NCBI GenBank assembly: GCA_017628025.1
Contig: JAGBZX010000006.1
Span: 3,433 to 67,432, forward strand
Source: Kiritimatiellia bacterium
GTDB lineage: Bacteria; Verrucomicrobiota; Kiritimatiellia; RFP12; UBA1067
Length of the DNA: 64,000 nucleotides
Direction: 5' to 3'
Under the pieces are notes generated by a model. It did no database searches. It had not been told where the DNA came from and saw only the letters and a program-made list of their open reading frames with translations. This document shows positions 18,755 to 26,376 of this stretch, piece after piece. How positions within the stretch are numbered: the stretch's first letter is position 1; every line of letters starts with the position of its first letter. The position numbers and the translations under genes are program-made.

Positions 18755-18779
18755 ACTTTATTATACATAACTCAGCGAA

Positions 18780-20882
18780 TTAAGCATCAAGCTCAGCGAG
18801 AGCCGCCTTGCGAGAGAGCTTAATTCTGCCGCGCTGTTCATCAATATCAATGCACTTGACCTTGATGATGTCTCCGACTTTACAGACGCCTTCCATTGAT
18901 TTGAGGAACTTGTCAGAAAATTCAGATATGTGGCAAAGACCTTCAAGTCCAGGGAGAATCTCGACAAATGCGCCAAAATCCTTGATGCTTACAACTTTAC
19001 CTTCATATGTTTTACCGACTTCGGCGACTGCAGATACCTTGCTGACTTCGAGCTTGGCCGCATCCATTGACTCTTTTGACGTAGCGAAAATCGAAACCTT
19101 GCCATCATCATCAATATCAATCTGGGCGCCAGTCATTTCGACAATTGCACGGATATTAGAGCCGCCGGGACCAATAAGCGCGCCAATCTTATCGACCGGA
19201 ATCTGCATCTCTTCAATCCTCGGCGCAAACTTATTAAGTTCCGCGCGGGGTGCCGGGATAACCGTTTCCATGTAATCGATAATTTTGAGTCTTGCGTCAC
19301 GGGCAGCCTTAATGGCATCCTCAACGAGATCCCATGAAAGACCACGAAGTTTAAGGTCTACCTGGAAGCCAGTTATACCCTGCTTTGTGCCGCCAATCTT
19401 AAAGTCCATATCGCCACAATGATCCTCCGCTCCGAGAATATCGGTAACGAGCACCTTCTGGCTTTGATCTGCATTCGTAAATAGACCGATTGAAATACCA
19501 GCAACAGTGCGCTTAAGCGGAACGCCAGCATCCATAAGAGCTAGGCAACCATTGCAGATAGACGCCATTGACGAAGAACCATTTGAACCCATAATCTCAG
19601 AAACAACGCGTATCGAGTATGGGAAATCATCTGGAAGGACTTCAGCAATTGAGCGCTCTGCAAGAGCACCGTGACCGATTTCTCTACGACCTGTTGAACC
19701 TAAGCGACCAACTTCACCCGTGCAGTAAGGCGGGAAGTTATAATGAAGCATGAAACGCTTTGAAGGTTCGCCACCAGTGACAGAGTCAAGCTCTTGTGCA
19801 TCTTTCTTTGTGCCGAGCGTAACAGCTGCGAACGACTGAGTTTCGCCGCGTGAGAAAATCGCACTACCATGAAGACGAGGAAGAATACCAACCTGAGCCG
19901 TCAAAGGACGAATTTCATGCTGTGCACGACCATCGATACGCTTGCCATGAACGAGAACGTTGTTACGAACGGTCTCAATTTCAAGAGCATCAAAGAGATG
20001 AACAAACTTAACCGCGTCAATTTCTGGCCACTTCTCAGAAACCTTCTTAAGGAGATCTTCCTTAATAGCAGAAACCTTACCCTGACGCTCAAGCTTACCC
20101 TTGATAAGAAGCGCAGCAGCGAGAGCCTCACCGCCCTCTTTGCGAATGAAATCCATCTGATCTTGTGGCTGCGGGACATCTACGATTTGCTTATCGGGCA
20201 AACCTAGAGAGCGGCGCATTTCAATCTGGAGATCAATAATCTTCTCAACTTCTTCGTGAGCACGCTTAAGAGCAGCAAGAAAATCTTCATCGCTAATTTC
20301 TGCAGCAGAGCCCTCCATCATAAGGAACTTACCACGGATACCAGCATAGAGTAGATCAATATCACTCTTTGCTTTCTGCTCGTGCGTAGGGTTAATTACC
20401 CACTCTCCTGCAATGCGACCGATACGGACGCACCCAATAGGTCCCATAAAAGGAATCTCGGAGATATGAAGCGCGGCAGATGAAGCATTAACAGCGAGGA
20501 AGTCTGCCTCACGTGTGCAGTCGCACTGAATTAATGTTGAATTAACCTGAACGTCATTATAATAACCATCAGGAAAGAGCGGACGAATCGGACGGTCGCA
20601 CATACGCGCCGTAAGAATCTCCTTCGACGTAGGACGAGCTTCACGCTTAAAGAACCCGCCAGGGAACTTGCCTGCGGCATAGAACTTCTCACGATATTCG
20701 CACTGAAGCGGGAAGAAGTCAATACCTTCACGCGGCGAGTCCGTATTTGTCACCGCTGTAAAAACGGTGTTGTCACCGTAACTAACCGTGACAGCTCCTG
20801 CCGCCTGAAGCGCCAAAAGCCCAGTCTCTATAACGAGGTCCGTCCCCGCTATATTGACTTTGAACTGCTTTGTACCTTGCAT
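18780..20882 (-). CDS. pnp: polynucleotide phosphorylase
   Basis: 700 aa with two RNase PH domains plus KH and S1 domains (C-terminal GKVVSIKDFGAFVEI). Classical rpsO-pnp arrangement. Confidence 0.97.
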   Translation of the reverse strand: MQGTKQFKVNIAGTDLVIETGLLALQAAGAVTVSYGDNTVFTAVTNTDSPREGIDFFPLQCEYREKFYAAGKFPGGFFKREARPTSKEILTARMCDRPIRPLFPDGYYNDVQVNSTLIQCDCTREADFLAVNASSAALHISEIPFMGPIGCVRIGRIAGEWVINPTHEQKAKSDIDLLYAGIRGKFLMMEGSAAEISDEDFLAALKRAHEEVEKIIDLQIEMRRSLGLPDKQIVDVPQPQDQMDFIRKEGGEALAAALLIKGKLERQGKVSAIKEDLLKKVSEKWPEIDAVKFVHLFDALEIETVRNNVLVHGKRIDGRAQHEIRPLTAQVGILPRLHGSAIFSRGETQSFAAVTLGTKKDAQELDSVTGGEPSKRFMLHYNFPPYCTGEVGRLGSTGRREIGHGALAERSIAEVLPDDFPYSIRVVSEIMGSNGSSSMASICNGCLALMDAGVPLKRTVAGISIGLFTNADQSQKVLVTDILGAEDHCGDMDFKIGGTKQGITGFQVDLKLRGLSWDLVEDAIKAARDARLKIIDYMETVIPAPRAELNKFAPRIEEMQIPVDKIGALIGPGGSNIRAIVEMTGAQIDIDDDGKVSIFATSKESMDAAKLEVSKVSAVAEVGKTYEGKVVSIKDFGAFVEILPGLEGLCHISEFSDKFLKSMEGVCKVGDIIKVKCIDIDEQRGRIKLSRKAALAELDA

Positions 20883-20904
20883 TTTAATTTTTCCTGTTTA
20901 TAAA

Positions 20905-21165
20905 TTAGCGGCGGATGCCGAGCTTCTTGATGAGCTCTAAATATTTAGCAGCATCTTCGCGCTTAAGATAATCAAGAAGGCTACGACGGTTCTGAACTTT
21001 ACGGAGAAGACCGAAGCGGCTGGAGTGGTCTTTCTTATTAACCTTGAGGTGCTCAGTAAGCGCAGCAATCTCCTTAGTGAGAATTGCGATTTGAACTTCG
21101 CTAGAACCTGTGTCACGGTCATGGCGTTGGAATTCATTCTTGATTGCTGCTTTATCGATTTTCAT
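20905..21165 (-). CDS. rpsO: 30S ribosomal protein S15
   Basis: [30 protein letters not shown]...LGIRR. Start set to the internal ATG at 21163-21165; the ORF-track start at 21222 would add 19 atypical residues. Confidence 0.92.
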   Translation of the reverse strand: MKIDKAAIKNEFQRHDRDTGSSEVQIAILTKEIAALTEHLKVNKKDHSSRFGLLRKVQNRRSLLDYLKREDAAKYLELIKKLGIRR

Positions 21166-21227
21166 GATTATTTTCTTTCTTTTATATGTACCACGAACTG
21201 GGAAACTCCCTACAAAACACACTACCT

Positions 21228-21236
21228 AGTGTATCA
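21228..21236 (-). promoter_or_regulatory. extended -10-like element TGATACACT upstream of rpsO (proximal)
   Basis: Minus strand reads TGATACACT, 62 nt upstream of the rpsO ATG. Confidence 0.35.
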
Positions 21237-21301
21237 TACGCCTCTATAATCAAGGCATCCGCAGCAGGGAAATCTCCTAAGACAGTCGCAGATTGGCTAG
21301 T

Positions 21302-21310
21302 ATTATATCA
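21302..21310 (-). promoter_or_regulatory. extended -10 element TGATATAAT upstream of rpsO (distal)
   Basis: Minus strand reads TTTTGATATAATAC, 136 nt upstream of the rpsO ATG. This 14-mer is shared with the argS and hisI upstream regions. Confidence 0.4.
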
Positions 21311-21474
21311 AAAACAGGCACACCAACGCAAGTTTAATATTTGCGGAAAATTAATCGGTTACTCGGTTGTGCGTAGTACATTGCGCCTGCGGCGCGAGCA
21401 ATAAAACCGTACCTTCTAACTTCAGACCTTGTACCTCGTACCTTAATTTTTGCGAGCAAAGGAGTTCTAAAAAA

Positions 21475-22398
21475 CTAAAAACCAGGTAAATTTAGCTGGC
21501 CAGAAACACAAACCTTACGCCCTTTAGCAAGCGTAGGATCAGATGTATCATAAACAACAAATTTGATACCTTCAAAACGCTTCGAAAGTTCTCGTTTAAT
21601 GTAATCCGACACAGCTCTAACATTGCCCGGATCATCATCAGAAAAACCAATTGATACTGGCCGAGACGCATTACCAGAACGTCTAAGCATATGATAAACA
21701 TGTTCAACAAAATCTCTTATCGCAAACTCTTTAGCTAACTCTGGCTTTGAAGCATTCGTGGCAGTTGCTAATTTTTCCTGATAAACAGGGTCTGCAGCCA
21801 TTCTATCTTTAAAATCTTGAAATGTTACTGCTGAGTAGCGACAAAGAGAAAGATATCTATCAAGTTCTTCGGCATCAGTTCCAAACGACTCAACCTTATC
21901 AAAACATTTGCGATATCCTCTTAAAGAAGACATCATTTGCTCTCTATCTTCTTCTGATAACGCATAACGAATAAATACCCTAACAGCCTTCTCTATTGTC
22001 TCTGGGCTATGCCCACGGGCAGTTACTATCGCAAATATTCTTCCCTCACGAAGCGTGCGTTTAAGAGCCTCGTAACTAGGGCCAGGAATCTCTCCATGCT
22101 CAACTCGTTCAAGAGCTGCAATAGTATCATCTAAAAAGTGATTCTTATTAGGCTCATCAGAGAACGACTTAAACGCCTCCTGCCACCCTCCTTTTGGCGG
22201 ACGATAATTAGCAGTATCTGTCCTAATAACAGCAAATGTCGAAGTTGAAAGCTCCACCGGGCGCCATATACCATCTTCTGACTTATGCTCCATGCGTATA
22301 CGCGTAGGCATATGAAGGATATTGTCATCCCAATCAAATATGTAATACTTCAAATCGCGGTCGATAACCGCTTCATTTACATAAGGAATTTCTGACAT
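21475..22398 (-). CDS. hypothetical protein, HAD-like hydrolase fold suspected
   Basis: About 307 aa. DWDDN (DxDx-type motif I), IVTARG (motif II-like) and GFSDDD (motif IV-like). ORF-track start 22401 is TTG; the ATG at 22396-22398 overlaps the upstream stop (TGATG). Confidence 0.5.
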   Translation of the reverse strand: MSEIPYVNEAVIDRDLKYYIFDWDDNILHMPTRIRMEHKSEDGIWRPVELSTSTFAVIRTDTANYRPPKGGWQEAFKSFSDEPNKNHFLDDTIAALERVEHGEIPGPSYEALKRTLREGRIFAIVTARGHSPETIEKAVRVFIRYALSEEDREQMMSSLRGYRKCFDKVESFGTDAEELDRYLSLCRYSAVTFQDFKDRMAADPVYQEKLATATNASKPELAKEFAIRDFVEHVYHMLRRSGNASRPVSIGFSDDDPGNVRAVSDYIKRELSKRFEGIKFVVYDTSDPTLAKGRKVCVSGQLNLPGF

Positions 22399-23291
22399 CA
22401 AAGAGACAATAAGCGTATCGCATTGCCTTTAGCGACTTTATAAAAGACTTCTTGTGAAATATCACCAGAGTCTCTTAAATCGCGTAAAAAAGGCGGCAAA
22501 ATCGCATGCCATGAGCGCTCTGCCATAGGCTGACAAAGATCAAGACCAAACATTAATCTATCTTGAAACTCGTTTAGAAACTTTATTGCGTATTCACGGT
22601 CGCGCTGAAGAGCTATCGCACCAGAATTGGCTGAAAGATCCCCATAAAGATTGGGGTATTTACGCATAAGCTGAGCTACTCGCCCTTCTTTTACTTTGCC
22701 AGTCGGGTAGCCACCGCGTAGACTAAGATCATCATATTCAGAAATCTCGCACCAAAAAGCCTGACTATGACCGAAAAACTTAAGGTTAGGAAACTCTTGG
22801 AGAGAACTTTCTAAACCTGGCAATCCTGGCTCATCTACGATACCATAGGTATTTTCGTAACGAGTTGCGATATGAAACGTCAGCGGAAGACCAGCCTTCT
22901 CAGTAGCTCTAAAAAGATTTCTAACTCTAGGATCTAAAAAAGAAAGATTATTACAAACCTCGCCAACTCCCTTACAACCTTTGTCTCTATAATACATTAT
23001 AGCATCATACAAAGGCGAATAAGGTGAATTATTGCAAGCACGAGCATCGATATTACAGAAAGGAATAAATCTATCTGGATTTTCTTTAGCCATGCGAAGA
23101 ACTTCTTCGTTGCCTTGAAGCTGAAAGTTTTCCGCATTACAAAGAGGCAATAACACGCCTTTTTCTACACCGTAAAGGTCGTAAAATCCAAGTAAATCTT
23201 TTACCTCGCACATAGGCTTAAGGCCGCGGTCATATCCCCACGCGGCCTCTTGCACACAATGTGCATGAATATCGATAAATTCGTTATTCAT
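22398..23291 (-). CDS. metal-dependent amidohydrolase (Amidohydro_2 / TIM-barrel hydrolase)
   Basis: 297 aa. N-terminal IDIHAHC metal-binding motif and later His/Asp positions are typical of the family. Confidence 0.7.
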   Translation of the reverse strand: MNNEFIDIHAHCVQEAAWGYDRGLKPMCEVKDLLGFYDLYGVEKGVLLPLCNAENFQLQGNEEVLRMAKENPDRFIPFCNIDARACNNSPYSPLYDAIMYYRDKGCKGVGEVCNNLSFLDPRVRNLFRATEKAGLPLTFHIATRYENTYGIVDEPGLPGLESSLQEFPNLKFFGHSQAFWCEISEYDDLSLRGGYPTGKVKEGRVAQLMRKYPNLYGDLSANSGAIALQRDREYAIKFLNEFQDRLMFGLDLCQPMAERSWHAILPPFLRDLRDSGDISQEVFYKVAKGNAIRLLSL

Positions 23292-23294
23292 ATA

Positions 23295-24293
23295 TTACTT
23301 TTTGCAGCACTTACCACAACCATTAAGGATAGGGGTAAGAATCATGTTCTTATAATCTGCATCTGAGTGGTCGCCCTGGATATACATAGGACCAGGAACA
23401 AACTCTCGCGCATCAATCGCACCTCCAGTAATGCCTACTACAGGAATAGTGTCATGAATAGTCTTGCCGTTCAAAACGACTGTAAGGTGGCGACGGAAGA
23501 GCGTAACTTCGACGTGCTGCCATTCACCTGCTGGCTTTTCTGCAGACACGGAAGGAGTGACGCGGCCATAATACGCAGCCATATTGTGGCAGTCAAGCTT
23601 CTTGCCGTAGCTATCAATCGTCTGGATTTCATAGCGGCCACGAAGATACACGCCTGAGTTGCACTTAGGAAGAACGCGAACATCATAAGAAAGCTTGAAG
23701 TCCATAAAATCTTCGCGCTTTGTAATTAAGTTAGCGTTTAAAACGCCCTTTTCTCTCTTGATGCGATTAGAAAGAACTCCATCTTTAAATGTCCAACCAA
23801 AATAGCGATTGGATTCCTTTGCGTACCAAGAATCAAGGCCACCAGCAAGCAAATCTATTGGCTCTCCAAATTTAGCCTCCTTCATATCAACGCCACCCAC
23901 AATCTCGGGGTTTCTCCAACCAGAGAATGGCTTGCTCTTATCTGTAAACAAACCAGTCTTTGGATCAAAACGAGTCATGTGACCTGAAATGGTATCGCCG
24001 ATAACTTGACCGGCATAGTACCACTTTGAATCCATAACCTTGAAAGAGAAACGATTGCCTTCAAACTTAACTTCTTTCGCCTTGACAGGTGAAGACCAAC
24101 GCGTTAGAACCAACGCTGAAGGCTCTCCTTTGCAATCACGGCTAAGAATCATGTGACCGGCGGAATATTCTTCAAAAGGTAATGCAATACCCCAATTACC
24201 TTCAATCGTTGAAAGTTGCTGATCTTTACAGCAATCAAACGCACAACAACCGCCAAGAAGGAATAAACTTCCGAGGAATAATTTTGAGTTCAT
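23295..24293 (-). CDS. DUF1080 (3-keto-disaccharide hydrolase-like) lipoprotein
   Basis: 332 aa with lipobox-like LLGGC. NSGVYLRGRYEIQTIDSYG ... GEWQHVEV ... IQGDH pattern is typical of DUF1080 jelly-roll domains. Confidence 0.7.
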   Translation of the reverse strand: MNSKLFLGSLFLLGGCCAFDCCKDQQLSTIEGNWGIALPFEEYSAGHMILSRDCKGEPSALVLTRWSSPVKAKEVKFEGNRFSFKVMDSKWYYAGQVIGDTISGHMTRFDPKTGLFTDKSKPFSGWRNPEIVGGVDMKEAKFGEPIDLLAGGLDSWYAKESNRYFGWTFKDGVLSNRIKREKGVLNANLITKREDFMDFKLSYDVRVLPKCNSGVYLRGRYEIQTIDSYGKKLDCHNMAAYYGRVTPSVSAEKPAGEWQHVEVTLFRRHLTVVLNGKTIHDTIPVVGITGGAIDAREFVPGPMYIQGDHSDADYKNMILTPILNGCGKCCKK

Positions 24294-24323
24294 ATTTCTG
24301 ATCCTTTTTATTAAGTTAATACT

Positions 24324-24758
24324 TTACTTAGCAGCAGGAGCTACTGGAGCAGGAGCTGCTGGAGCTACTGGAGCAGGCACAACAGGCGCCTGAGGTGTAG
24401 CTGGGGCAGCGGGAACTGCAGGAGTCTGGTCCTGAGGCAAATCAGTTAAACCTGGAAGCGAAGGAACTTCTTGAACAACTGCAGCAGGCTCTTCACCTGC
24501 CATGATTGAGCGAGCGTTTTTAACAGATGTCAATCTAGCTAAAAGAAGCGTGTTGCAAAGGAATATCGCACCTAGAATTGCAGTAGCCTTAATAAGAACA
24601 TTACCTGCATCAGCGCCAAGAGTCGACTCAAGCATACCGCCACTAATCGCACCGCCAAGGCCACCTTCTTTAGGCTTTTGAAGCATCACAACAAGAACCA
24701 AAAGCAAGCAAACTACAATTTCAACAACATAGAGTAAACCGATAAAAAACTGAGTCAT
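24324..24758 (-). CDS. secG: preprotein translocase subunit SecG with long Pro/Ala-rich tail
   Basis: The N-terminal 75 aa (LLVLVVMLQKPKEGGLGGAISGG ...) are SecG-like. The C-terminal roughly 45 aa are a P/A repeat. Confidence 0.8.
   Translation of the reverse strand: MTQFFIGLLYVVEIVVCLLLVLVVMLQKPKEGGLGGAISGGMLESTLGADAGNVLIKATAILGAIFLCNTLLLARLTSVKNARSIMAGEEPAAVVQEVPSLPGLTDLPQDQTPAVPAAPATPQAPVVPAPVAPAAPAPVAPAAK
24337..24377. repeat. 24-nt-period tandem duplication inside the secG tail
   Basis: ggagctactggagcagg occurs at 24337-24353 and 24361-24377 and encodes the APVAPAA repeat. Confidence 0.7.
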
Positions 24759-24782
24759 TCTTTTTTCCTTTCATTTTTGGAT

Positions 24783-24812
24783 ATTATAACCGATTTGACC
24801 TCTCAAAGTCAA
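24783..24812 (-). promoter_or_regulatory. sigma70-type promoter for secG (TTGACT-N18-TATAAT)
   Basis: Minus strand has TTGACT (24807-24812), an 18 nt spacer and TATAAT (24783-24788), 24 nt upstream of the secG ATG with AAAGGAAAA between. Confidence 0.55.
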
Positions 24813-24836
24813 TCAAATATTCTTACATACGATGCG

Positions 24837-26354
24837 TCACTTACTGATAAATGGGCCTAAAGGCAACGATCCTTCATTATAAACTGTGCCAGCTGTACGA
24901 TTTTTATAGAGATAGCGAACTTTGACAGGTTCTGGAACCTTAGTCGAAGAAACTGTTAACGTAACACCCTTTACTCTTCCACGGCTATCGATGTTTTCTA
25001 ATTTCGCCGCGTGCCACACACCGTCTTTGCCTGCAATTTCAAACGCAGGCTCTAATGACCAGTTGTTAGCGTAGACATACCACGACTGTGCGTTTTCAAA
25101 TGACATAATTGCTTTACCTTCTTTAAACTCAACACCTTTGAATAGTGGCGAAAGTGATTTAATAGTCGAAAACCCATAATCGTTTTTGAGAGCATGTAAC
25201 GAAAGTCGTTTAGCTATTACACGTTTATTATTTGGATGGATATCATCGAAATTACCTGCGTCGGTAAGAACAGAGATTTCTGCATTCTTTTGCTCTGAAA
25301 CAAATTTGTTTTGAGCTTGAGCTATTCCAACGAAATTTTCTTTCCATGGGGCGAGCTGAGAAAAATAAAGTTTAAAGTTAGGATTATTAAACTCTTTCGA
25401 CCAGCCATTGTAAAGAGCGTGCATTTTTGAACAGTAGCGCTCTGGCTCAAGACTATTATGGCAACCTTGATACCATATCAATCCGCGACACGCCATCGGC
25501 GCATAGGCAGCGACCAATCCATTCCAAAGTAAACTTGGCTGTTGGACATATACATTGTAAAGACGTTTGCCTTTATAGATACCTTTTTTCTGTGAAATTT
25601 CGAATTCTTCCTTTTCAAGACGAGGCAAACTAGCAATATCAGCCAACTCTGGAACATTCTCATATCCGCTTGGAGGAGTCCAGGCATCAATATTAGTTCC
25701 GCCCCACGAACTATCAACAATACCAATAGGTATATCTAAAGCATTTGCTAATTCAAGTGCAAAATAATAACCCATTGCTGACGGGAGCCTGACTTTATTT
25801 TTAAAAAGATCATACATTTCAGGTGTCATAGCTACCCATTTTGCTTTATACCCAGTGCGAGGCTTTGTGGAAGCTATGTGTTGATTTTTAACGAGCCTAA
25901 CAAATGGCTTATAAGTCGAAAGAATTATCATAGCGCCATCACCATCGCGATAACGAGGATCTCCTCCCCAAATCGGGCAATCTGTATTTGATTGCCCAGC
26001 GCACATCCAAACCTCTCCGACTAAAACATCTTTTATCTCTAAAGTATCTACTACATCATCAAAAAAGAATCCATCATCTACCTCGGTAATGCGCATAATG
26101 CGATTTTCTTTTGAAGCAACCATCGGTGGCAGTTCAACCTTCCATTTGCCTTCTTTTGAAACAAAGGTAGTAACTTTGTTATCTGCAAACTCAACTGTGA
26201 TTTTCTTACCAGGCTCAGCACTTCCCCAAATTGGTACTAATCTATCGCGTTGAAGAACTACACCATCATTAAAAGGCGTAGCAATATCAATTTTTGCAAA
26301 TGCCACAAAATTAGCTAACACAAAAGTAGCTGTGATAATTTTTTTGATGTTCAT
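24837..26354 (-). CDS. sialate O-acetylesterase (SASA/DUF303 family), secreted
   Basis: Start set to ATG at 26352-26354 (MNIKKIITATFVLANFVAFA signal peptide, GGGGGA upstream). GQSNTD catalytic-type motif and WGGTNI are present. Confidence 0.8.
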   Translation of the reverse strand: MNIKKIITATFVLANFVAFAKIDIATPFNDGVVLQRDRLVPIWGSAEPGKKITVEFADNKVTTFVSKEGKWKVELPPMVASKENRIMRITEVDDGFFFDDVVDTLEIKDVLVGEVWMCAGQSNTDCPIWGGDPRYRDGDGAMIILSTYKPFVRLVKNQHIASTKPRTGYKAKWVAMTPEMYDLFKNKVRLPSAMGYYFALELANALDIPIGIVDSSWGGTNIDAWTPPSGYENVPELADIASLPRLEKEEFEISQKKGIYKGKRLYNVYVQQPSLLWNGLVAAYAPMACRGLIWYQGCHNSLEPERYCSKMHALYNGWSKEFNNPNFKLYFSQLAPWKENFVGIAQAQNKFVSEQKNAEISVLTDAGNFDDIHPNNKRVIAKRLSLHALKNDYGFSTIKSLSPLFKGVEFKEGKAIMSFENAQSWYVYANNWSLEPAFEIAGKDGVWHAAKLENIDSRGRVKGVTLTVSSTKVPEPVKVRYLYKNRTAGTVYNEGSLPLGPFISK

Positions 26355-26376
26355 TTTTTGTCCCCCTTCAGTAATC

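Noticed and set aside
18756-18768. TATAAT box as a stand-alone promoter feature for the helicase operon
   Set aside because: It lies upstream of, and would transcribe straight into, the pnp terminator hairpin, and no -35 was found. It is kept only as a hypothesis in the findings.
21186-21404. 72-aa plus-strand ORF in the rpsO upstream region
   Set aside because: It has no ribosome-binding site, runs opposite to all neighbours and overlaps candidate promoter elements, with no family resemblance. The region is more plausibly leader and promoter DNA.
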